Position numbers and translations under genes: made by a program
DNA from: Candidatus Saccharimonadota bacterium
GTDB lineage: Bacteria; Patescibacteriota; Microgenomatia; UBA1406; GWC2-37-13
DNA: 32,000 bases
Direction: 5' to 3'
Assembly: GCA_001790095.1 (NCBI GenBank)
Contig: MGBH01000001.1
Location: forward strand, 690,001 to 722,000
Shown: piece after piece, positions 9,773 through 16,254 of the stretch
Numbering within the stretch: position 1 is the first letter of the stretch
Layout: every line of letters begins with the position of its first letter
Notes under the pieces: generated by a model
Told to the model about the DNA's origin: nothing
The model's database searches: none
What the model saw: only the letters and a program-made list of their open reading frames with translations

Positions 9773-10800
9773 AAAAAAATATCACCATTGCACTTCTTTA
9801 TAACGTCCGCCATACTTTTCCCGATCCGAAAGACCCCAAAACCTTTCTTGAAACAGATTTTGACGATCCGGAGACTACCCGCTTGCAGATAAAACACCTA
9901 AAGAAACTCGGGTATAAAGTCGTTCCGATCGAGGCTAATGATAAAGCCTATCTAAAATTATATAGATATAGGGCTCAGATCGATTTAGTATTTAATGTAT
10001 CTGAAGGCATGCATGGAAATGATCGTGAAGCACAGATACCAGCTATGCTTGAGATGTTACAAATCCCCTATACCGGTTCTCCTCCTCTTGCTCAAGCGCT
10101 CATTCTGGACAAAGCAAAAACAAAAGAAGTTCTTATAGCAAATAATGTTTCAACACTCCCCTTTCAACGCTTCACCGATGCAAATCAGGCACTAAAAAAG
10201 GGTCTTATCTATCCCTTGATGGTAAAACCTGTGTCTGAGGGATCATCTGCTGGAATAACAAATAAAAGTGTTGTACATACGCTGAGTGAGTTGCGCAAAC
10301 AGATAAAATTCATCAGAAAAGTATTTCATGAAGATGCTCTTGTTGAGCCATATCTTGAAGGTCGTGAGTTCTCAGTAGCCATGCTTGGCAACCCCCCTCA
10401 AATACTTCCAATCCTTGAATCTGATCATTCTATGCTCCCAAAAAAATATCTCCCTTTTGACTCCCTTGAGGTCAAATGGTTTTATGAGTCTGAAACAAAT
10501 GGACAACACCTTAAATGCCCTGCTCTCAATATTTCAACCCGATTAGAACGGCAAATACATACCATTTGCCTTGACGCATGGAAGGCTTTAGGAATCAAAG
10601 ATTGGTGTCGGATCGACATACGTTGCGACAGGAAAGAAAATCCTTTTGTCCTTGAGGTAAACTCGCCCCCCGGATGCATGCCCCCTGAACACGACGTTGC
10701 ATCCTACTTCCCTATGATCGCCCGCGCTGCAGGTATCCCATATGAGAGACTTCTTCAGAAAATCATATCGGAAGCACTTAAAAGGTATAAAAGGTTATAA
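9769..10800 (+). CDS. D-alanine--D-alanine ligase family ATP-grasp protein (non-canonical N-terminus)
   Basis: Ddl-like core blocks are present: MLEMLQIPYTGSPPLAQALILDKAKTK, LMVKPVSEGSSAGI, EFSVAMLG and CRIDIRCDRKENPFVLEVNSPPG. The N-terminus (IALLYNVRHTFPDP...ETDFDDPET) lacks the GG-S-E-EVSL block of cell-wall Ddl. Its ATG overlaps the upstream TGA as ATGA (9769-9772). Confidence 0.7.
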   Translation: MKKNITIALLYNVRHTFPDPKDPKTFLETDFDDPETTRLQIKHLKKLGYKVVPIEANDKAYLKLYRYRAQIDLVFNVSEGMHGNDREAQIPAMLEMLQIPYTGSPPLAQALILDKAKTKEVLIANNVSTLPFQRFTDANQALKKGLIYPLMVKPVSEGSSAGITNKSVVHTLSELRKQIKFIRKVFHEDALVEPYLEGREFSVAMLGNPPQILPILESDHSMLPKKYLPFDSLEVKWFYESETNGQHLKCPALNISTRLERQIHTICLDAWKALGIKDWCRIDIRCDRKENPFVLEVNSPPGCMPPEHDVASYFPMIARAAGIPYERLLQKIISEALKRYKRL

Positions 10801-10809
10801 GTGCTTATA

Positions 10810-10818
10810 TGCTATAAT
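10810..10818 (+). promoter_or_regulatory. Extended -10 promoter element TGCTATAAT
   Basis: An exact TGnTATAAT lies 17 nt upstream of the tRNA-like 5' fragment. The same 9-mer recurs at 23644-23652 (+) and 18007-18015 (-). Confidence 0.45.
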
Positions 10819-10835
10819 TGATAATTGAAGTTTTT

Positions 10836-10853
10836 GGGCGCGTAGTTTAATGG
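10836..10853 (+). pseudogene. Truncated/decayed tRNA copy (5' 18 nt identical to tRNA-Ile)
   Basis: GGGCGCGTAGTTTAATGG is identical to 10975-10992, but what follows cannot form the D, anticodon or T arms. Its upstream promoter-like sequence is also a diverged copy of the one before tRNA-Ile. Confidence 0.5.
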
Positions 10854-10947
10854 CCCCACAAAAAGCTTTCCATTCCCGAGGCCTACGTCCTCGCATCATG
10901 GTGGCGCTTTAGCGGGGCAAGCAGTATTGTCTTTTCAGCTCAAATTT

Positions 10948-10956
10948 TGGTATAGT
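10948..10956 (+). promoter_or_regulatory. Extended -10-like element TGGTATAGT upstream of tRNA-Ile
   Basis: A TGnTATAgT element lies 18 nt upstream of the tRNA 5' end. It aligns with the TGCTATAAT copy at 10810. Confidence 0.35.
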
Positions 10957-10974
10957 TTATCTGTTTTCGTTCTT

Positions 10975-11046
10975 GGGCGCGTAGTTTAATGGTAAAACAG
11001 TTCTCTGATAAAGAACAGAGCGATGGTTCGATTCCATCCACGCCCA
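10975..11046 (+). tRNA. tRNA-Ile (anticodon GAT), no encoded CCA
   Basis: I folded a 72-nt cloverleaf by hand. The acceptor is GGGCGCG/CACGCCC (one C-A mismatch at 6:67). The D arm is GTTT-AATGGTA-AAAC. The anticodon arm is GTTCT-CTGATAA-AGAAC. The T arm is GATGG-TTCGATT-CCATC. The discriminator A is followed by CTT. Confidence 0.85.
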
Positions 11047-11080
11047 CTTCGTCCCGCAAAGCGGGACTCAGTGTAAACAC
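11047..11080 (+). repeat. Conserved tRNA 3'-trailer element, copy 1 (two tandem hairpins)
   Basis: CTTCGTCCCGCAAAGCGGGACTCAGTGTAAACAC contains a 7-bp stem GTCCCGC/GCGGGAC with an AAA loop, then GTGT-AA-ACAC. It is near-identical to 21842-21876. Confidence 0.8.
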
Positions 11081-11138
11081 GATTACCACCAAAGCACAAG
11101 TAAGGTAAAGGTTTACCCTGAGGAACAAAGTGACCAAG

Positions 11139-11213
11139 GGACTCGTAGCTCAACGGTAGAGCGCTTCGTTTACATCGAAGATGTTGGGGGTTCAAATCCC
11201 TCCGGGTCCACCA
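11139..11213 (+). tRNA. tRNA-Val (anticodon TAC), CCA encoded
   Basis: The acceptor is GGACTCG/CGGGTCC (one G-U pair). The D arm is GCTC-AACGGTA-GAGC. The anticodon arm is CTTCG-TTTACAT-CGAAG. The T arm is GGGGG-TTCAAAT-CCCTC. The discriminator A is followed by CCA (11211-11213). Confidence 0.88.
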
Positions 11214-11229
11214 AACACTTAGGTATCCA

Positions 11230-11258
11230 TTGCCAACTTCTCTTAACCTCTCTATAAT
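11230..11258 (+). promoter_or_regulatory. Sigma70-type promoter candidate (TTGCCA-17-TATAAT), near-leaderless
   Basis: TTGCCA lies at 11230-11235, followed by a 17-nt spacer and TATAAT at 11253-11258. The ATG at 11268 is only 9 nt after the -10 element. Confidence 0.45.
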
Positions 11259-11267
11259 GAATATGAG

Positions 11268-13505
11268 ATGAAAAAGAACGTCCCGCTTTTCGCAAAAAAA
11301 TCAATTCATAACTTTTTTGAGGCAACTCTTAATTTATTTCTTTTCTTTCCCTATTTTTTTTCCGTCTCTACCCTCTTTAAGACTTTTTTCCATCCTTGGA
11401 AAAATATAATTACCAAAAAGACTGTGCGGGGTTTTTCTTTTAGCGAGCTTATGGGGCGCATATTTTTTAATCTTGTCTCACGTCTCATCGGGGCTTTTAT
11501 GCGCCTTTCTATTATCCTTTTTTATATGTTGTTTCAGTCCCTGTATGTCATATTTCTTCCCTTTATCATTGGTGTCTATTTTCTTTTATTACCTTTTCTT
11601 ATATGTATATATATACTTGAGAAGACAGAGGAGGAAAAAAAAGCTTCTTTCAAAGCAGTGTTTATTGCATCCCGCATGTTAAAACAAGAAAACTACCAGG
11701 CAGTTGAGAATTGGTTTGAGATGTACTATCAAAAGTATCTGCACAAAAAGGCATGGTGGAAATTGTCCAACCTTTTGACCATACCACCCCTTGCACGAGA
11801 TTGGGCTGTAGGATACACTCCCCTTTTAGATGAGTTTTCGCAGGATTTGACCAATGATACTTATCAAGCCCAGATGAAAAGCGTCATTGGGCGGTCAAAA
11901 GAAATCCAGCAAATACAACAAGCTTTGTTAAAGAATGAGGAGGCAAATGTGCTCATAGTTGGTGAAGAAGGTGTTGGAAAGCATACGATAGTAGATGCCC
12001 TTGCAAAAAAAATTTATGAGGGTCAAACCAACTCTGTCCTTGCTTACAAACGCATTTTGAAATTAAATCTGGAAAAAATATTGACCGTTTATACCGATAC
12101 TGAACAAAGAGAGAATTTTCTTGAAGATCTATTTCTTGAAGCTGCAACCGCCAAAAACACTATTCTTCTTATTGAAAACTTTGACAAATACGTAAGTTTC
12201 GGACAAGGGAGAATCGATCTTTCAACTTCTTTTGAAAAATACGGAAAAACTAGCACAATTCAATTTATCGGCATCACGTCTCCTTTTTTTTACCAACGCT
12301 TCATATTTGGCAACGATAAAGTAAACCGGTTATTCACTCGCATAGATGTACAGGAAATCTCACTTCAAGAGGCAAAACTCACACTTCTTGAAGCAGCGCA
12401 TCTTTTTGAGGAAAAAAATAAGGCCATCATCCCCTATGAGACAATTATTGAAACTATCGATAAAAGTGAGTTCTATATAACCTATATTCCTTTTCCAGAA
12501 AAAGCGTTTAATCTCCTTGATATGGCTTGCGCTTATGTAAAAAATACCAATTCTCAGACCGTCACTCCAAACATAATAAATATAGTCCTTTCGGAGAAAA
12601 CCCATATCCCAACCTCTCTGACGGGTGAGATGAAGAAGAAACTTATTACATTAGAACAACTTCTTGGGTCCCGTGTCATATATCAAACCGAGGCGGTACA
12701 AAAACTGGCTGGGGCTATGCGAAGATCTTTCATACTACTTGGTAAGCGTAGAAAACCTCTGGCCAGTTTCCTTTTTCTTGGACCAACAGGTGTTGGAAAG
12801 ACCGAAACTGCAAAAGCACTTGCAGATATATTTTTTGGCAGTAATAAATTCTTACTTCGGTTTGACATGTCCCTTTATCAAACAACTGCAGATATAAAAA
12901 CACTGATTGGATCAATCGAATCAAGTATGCCGGGACTTCTCAGCAATGCAATACGGGAAAATCCATATGCCGTTCTCTTGCTTGATGAGATAGAGAAAGC
13001 AGACAAAGACCTTCTCAACATATTCTTAACATTGGTTGATGAAGGATACTTTACTGATGGATTCGGCAAAAAGGTAGATTGTAAAAACCTCATCATTATC
13101 GCAACGAGTAACGCTGGTGCCGATTATATTTATAAAAAACAAACCTCTCTAATTGCGTCGGTTAAAGAATCAGACCTCATAGATTATCTTGTCTCCCAGC
13201 ATCTTTTCTCTCCAGAATTCCTCAATCGCTTTGACGGTGTGGTAACATATCGCCCTGTCACTGAGCAATCCATCTTCACTCTCGCATCGAAGATGATTGA
13301 TACGATAAAAGAAACGATTTATAAGCTATATAAAATTCATATCACCGTCACTGATGAAACCTTGAAGAGTGTAGTTGCAAAAGGCTATAATCCTGCATTT
13401 GGTGCACGAAATCTTGAACGGGTTATCACCCAAGAACTGGAAGACAAGATAGCAAAGCTTATTCTTGAAGAAAAAGCGAAGGAAGGTGATACAATATCTT
13501 TATAA
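11268..13505 (+). CDS. Clp/Hsp100-family double AAA+ ATPase with a hydrophobic (membrane-anchor-like) N-terminal region
   Basis: In D1 the Walker A is GEEGVGKHT and the Walker B position reads ILLIENFD. In D2 the Walker A is GPTGVGKTE, the Walker B is VLLLDEIEKA, sensor-1 is ATSNAG, and FLNRFDG and GARNLERVI are also present. The first ~120 aa contain long hydrophobic stretches in place of a Clp N-domain. Confidence 0.8.
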   Translation: MKKNVPLFAKKSIHNFFEATLNLFLFFPYFFSVSTLFKTFFHPWKNIITKKTVRGFSFSELMGRIFFNLVSRLIGAFMRLSIILFYMLFQSLYVIFLPFIIGVYFLLLPFLICIYILEKTEEEKKASFKAVFIASRMLKQENYQAVENWFEMYYQKYLHKKAWWKLSNLLTIPPLARDWAVGYTPLLDEFSQDLTNDTYQAQMKSVIGRSKEIQQIQQALLKNEEANVLIVGEEGVGKHTIVDALAKKIYEGQTNSVLAYKRILKLNLEKILTVYTDTEQRENFLEDLFLEAATAKNTILLIENFDKYVSFGQGRIDLSTSFEKYGKTSTIQFIGITSPFFYQRFIFGNDKVNRLFTRIDVQEISLQEAKLTLLEAAHLFEEKNKAIIPYETIIETIDKSEFYITYIPFPEKAFNLLDMACAYVKNTNSQTVTPNIINIVLSEKTHIPTSLTGEMKKKLITLEQLLGSRVIYQTEAVQKLAGAMRRSFILLGKRRKPLASFLFLGPTGVGKTETAKALADIFFGSNKFLLRFDMSLYQTTADIKTLIGSIESSMPGLLSNAIRENPYAVLLLDEIEKADKDLLNIFLTLVDEGYFTDGFGKKVDCKNLIIIATSNAGADYIYKKQTSLIASVKESDLIDYLVSQHLFSPEFLNRFDGVVTYRPVTEQSIFTLASKMIDTIKETIYKLYKIHITVTDETLKSVVAKGYNPAFGARNLERVITQELEDKIAKLILEEKAKEGDTISL

Positions 13506-13506
13506 T

Positions 13507-14628
13507 ATGAAAGTCTACTTCACCGCTGCAACATCATTTAATGGAGAACTTCATGAAACGAACAAAAAGATTGTTCATTATATTCTTAAAAGTCGTGTGA
13601 TGCTTATCTCAGGTCAACAGATAGTAGATAAAAAGCTTCTGGAAGAAGATAAAAAACTTCCCTCTGAACAAATATATATGCGAGAACACCACCTGATTGA
13701 GCAGGCCGATCTTATCATAGCTGAGGCTTCAAGACCGTCTCTTGGTGTCGGAACAGAGATAGCATATGCTCTAAGTATAAATAAACCTGTTCTCATACTT
13801 ATCTCAACTCAGTATGAAGATCGGATCTCACCCATGATAAAAGGTAATCCATCAGAGACTCTTTATCTACAGTTCTATAATGAAGACAACCTCCATCTTA
13901 GGATAAGCGATTTTATCAAACATATTTCTTCTCTTAAAAAGAGACGGGGCAAACTAATTGTCATTGACGGGGCTGATGGATCAGGTAAAACAACACAGGC
14001 TGAGTTGTTAGTCCAGCATCTGAAAAAACAGCATGTCGCTGTTAAATATGTTGACTTCCCTCAGTATTATCATTCATTTCACGGAAAAACAGTTGCTAAG
14101 TTCTTAAGGGGAGAGTTTGGCAATATAAATCAAGTATCACCCTACCTTGCTTCACTTGCCTATGCGCTTGACCGAGCATCGATCAAGGGAGAAATGGATG
14201 ATTTTTTACTAAAGGGGGGTTATATTATTGCCAATAGATATGCAACATCAAGCATGGCTCATCAAGCTGCGAAATTTCAGGATGAGTCAGAGCGAAAAGA
14301 ATATTTGAAGTGGGAGTATGAACTTGAGTATAAAATCCATAAAATTCCCCGTGAAAATCTGGTTATTTACCTTTATGTACCATGGAAAATTAGCTTAGAG
14401 CTTACCAAAAAGAAGACAGACCGTGCATATCTTAAGGGTCAAAAACAAGATATCGCGGAAAAAGACCTTGCACACAGGATAGCATCAGAAAAAATGTATC
14501 AATACTTGGCTAAAAAATACAAGCACTGGGTCACTGTAAATTGTATCCATAATGGAAAACTAAGAAAAAAGGAGGATATCTTTGATGAAATAGTCCATAT
14601 CATCAATCCTCTTCCTTTTTCTCATTAA
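13507..14628 (+). CDS. tmk: Fusion protein: DNPH1/Rcl-like (nucleoside 2-deoxyribosyltransferase superfamily) N-domain + thymidylate kinase
   Basis: In the N-domain, EQADLIIAEASRPSLGVGTEIAYALSINKPVLIL aligns with the DNPH1 block QQADVVVAEVTQPSLGVGYELGRAVAFNKRILCL. The C-domain has the Tmk P-loop IVIDGADGSGKTTQ, and also LDRAS and ANRYATSS. The start ATG at 13507 lies 1 nt after the upstream TAA (13503-13505). Confidence 0.85.
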   Translation: MKVYFTAATSFNGELHETNKKIVHYILKSRVMLISGQQIVDKKLLEEDKKLPSEQIYMREHHLIEQADLIIAEASRPSLGVGTEIAYALSINKPVLILISTQYEDRISPMIKGNPSETLYLQFYNEDNLHLRISDFIKHISSLKKRRGKLIVIDGADGSGKTTQAELLVQHLKKQHVAVKYVDFPQYYHSFHGKTVAKFLRGEFGNINQVSPYLASLAYALDRASIKGEMDDFLLKGGYIIANRYATSSMAHQAAKFQDESERKEYLKWEYELEYKIHKIPRENLVIYLYVPWKISLELTKKKTDRAYLKGQKQDIAEKDLAHRIASEKMYQYLAKKYKHWVTVNCIHNGKLRKKEDIFDEIVHIINPLPFSH

Positions 14629-14642
14629 AACGCAACTGGGGT

Positions 14643-14671
14643 TTGTTAAGCAATAAGATTTGCGTTATAAT
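14643..14671 (+). promoter_or_regulatory. Sigma70-type promoter candidate (TTGTTA-17-TATAAT) for dcd
   Basis: TTGTTA lies at 14643-14648, followed by a 17-nt spacer and TATAAT at 14666-14671. The ATG at 14683 is 11 nt after the -10 element. Confidence 0.4.
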
Positions 14672-14682
14672 AGAGACATCAT

Positions 14683-15252
14683 ATGATCCTTTCAGACCGC
14701 GACATCAAAAAAGCCCTTTCTCAAAAACGCATCGTTATCAAGCCTCTTCCTGATTTTGAGCAAGCTCTTTCAGCTTGCGCTATCGATCTTCGGCTCCATA
14801 ATGATTTTGAAGTCTTTGCTCACACCTCCATCCCCTACTTTGACCTTAAGAATATGAGTAATGTACAGGTAACTCAGAAGATAACGATTGAAAAAGATAA
14901 ACCTTTTATATTGCAGCCGGGTGAGTTTGCCCTCGCATCCACCCTTGAATGGATTGAGTTGCCTGATGATATCGCAGGGAGGCTTGAGGGCAGATCATCA
15001 CTTGGACGCCTCGGGATCATCGTCCACTCAACTGCAGCACTTGTACATCCAGGTATGAAAGGTAGGATCGTGCTTGAACTTTCCAATCTGTCACAGATTC
15101 CAGTCGCTCTCTATCCAGGCCTTCGCGTATGTGCATTATCTTTTGAGACACTTACAAGTCCTGCCGAAGTCCCCTACTCCAAACAAAAGAATGCAAAGTA
15201 CTGTAATCAGCAAGGAGTAACAGGAAGTAGGATAAATAAAGACATCTCTTAA
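14683..15252 (+). CDS. dcd: dCTP deaminase (dUTPase-fold)
   Basis: The N-terminus MILSDRDIKKAL, the blocks IDLRL, LEGRSSLGRLGI and ELSN, and the 189-aa length are all typical of Dcd. Confidence 0.9.
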   Translation: MILSDRDIKKALSQKRIVIKPLPDFEQALSACAIDLRLHNDFEVFAHTSIPYFDLKNMSNVQVTQKITIEKDKPFILQPGEFALASTLEWIELPDDIAGRLEGRSSLGRLGIIVHSTAALVHPGMKGRIVLELSNLSQIPVALYPGLRVCALSFETLTSPAEVPYSKQKNAKYCNQQGVTGSRINKDIS

Positions 15253-15255
15253 GTT

Positions 15256-16254
15256 TTACTGTTTTCCCTGCACTATTGCACTTTTTGCAGGACCTCCATA
15301 AGGATATTCCAATCCTTTCCAATACCAACCATGAGGCATCACATGAAGCAACGATTGATATTCTTTTTGCATATGATCATGGAGAGATTGTAAATCCGTT
15401 GAAGATGGACTATCCGGTCGAAGCAGGAAAGGATCAAGAACTTTTACACCGATACTAAAATCTGATCTAACTCCCATAGCAAGCGGTAAAATAGTAACAG
15501 GACGCCCCGATGCAGTTGCATATTGTTGAGATGCTACAAAAATACCACCATGAAAAGGGGCTAATACTTCTACTGTCGTTTTAGAATTACCACCCTCAGG
15601 AAAAGCCACTACTACAGGTATTTGAGCAGACCTATTTTTATCAAATACTCGATTAACTCCTGCACTCAGTGCTTCAAACCCTCCCTGGCCTCCCTGACCA
15701 TAGGGAACAACAATTGAACCATCATTATCTTGTATAGTACTCATGGGGGGATCATCAAATTTAGCTCCAACAACTGAAAAACCAAAAGCTTGACCTGGTA
15801 AAAGTTGACTCAATATGGAATTTATTACTCCTCGTCTAGCAATAACACCCGGTAAATGAGCGGTTGTACCCTCTACTAGTTCACTTCTACCCAATTCATT
15901 AAGTGCATGTTGGAATTGAGCAGCGTCAGGCTTAATAGCTTTCTCAAATGGCGGATGGTTAGATATTATAACCACTGGTCCATCAAAATCAACACGCGCT
16001 AGTCGATCTCTTGCAGTTTCCAGAGATTCAACATCGACGGGAGCAATCTGACCAAACTCGGTAAAAAACTGTTGTTGAGCTGCCCTCAATCTAACAGCTA
16101 GATCTTGTGGACTGTCAACACAAGAGGCATAAGATGAGGCTATATAACGGGCAGTTGCATCAGTAAGTCTTCCTATACGTCCTTGCGCAATTGCATTTAT
16201 CTCTGCGACTCTTTGCGCTTCTGTTTTTGTTTTATCCATATAAAGGAATTTCAA
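15256..16254 (-). CDS. Hypothetical protein with PlsC/LPLAT-like acyltransferase blocks (tentative)
   Basis: VVIISNHPPFE (an NH block, but not a clean HX4D) and VVVAFPEGGNSKT (an FPEG block) suggest a glycerolipid-type acyltransferase fold. The protein is Lys-poor and Ala/Gln/Gly-rich, unlike its neighbours. The start could instead be the ATG at 16239. The stop lies 3 nt from the convergent dcd stop. Confidence 0.45.
   Translation of the reverse strand: MKFLYMDKTKTEAQRVAEINAIAQGRIGRLTDATARYIASSYASCVDSPQDLAVRLRAAQQQFFTEFGQIAPVDVESLETARDRLARVDFDGPVVIISNHPPFEKAIKPDAAQFQHALNELGRSELVEGTTAHLPGVIARRGVINSILSQLLPGQAFGFSVVGAKFDDPPMSTIQDNDGSIVVPYGQGGQGGFEALSAGVNRVFDKNRSAQIPVVVAFPEGGNSKTTVEVLAPFHGGIFVASQQYATASGRPVTILPLAMGVRSDFSIGVKVLDPFLLRPDSPSSTDLQSLHDHMQKEYQSLLHVMPHGWYWKGLEYPYGGPAKSAIVQGKQ

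Noticed and set aside
10940-11195. Minus-strand ORFs 10940-11137 and 10986-11195 from the six-frame track.
   Set aside because: They lie antisense across tRNA-Ile, the trailer repeat and tRNA-Val. They are accidental open frames.
14683-15252. dCTP deaminase as an anti-phage nucleotide-depletion defence gene.
   Set aside because: The protein has the size and motifs of housekeeping Dcd, with no extra N-terminal kinase-like or sensor domain. It sits with tmk in a nucleotide-metabolism context.
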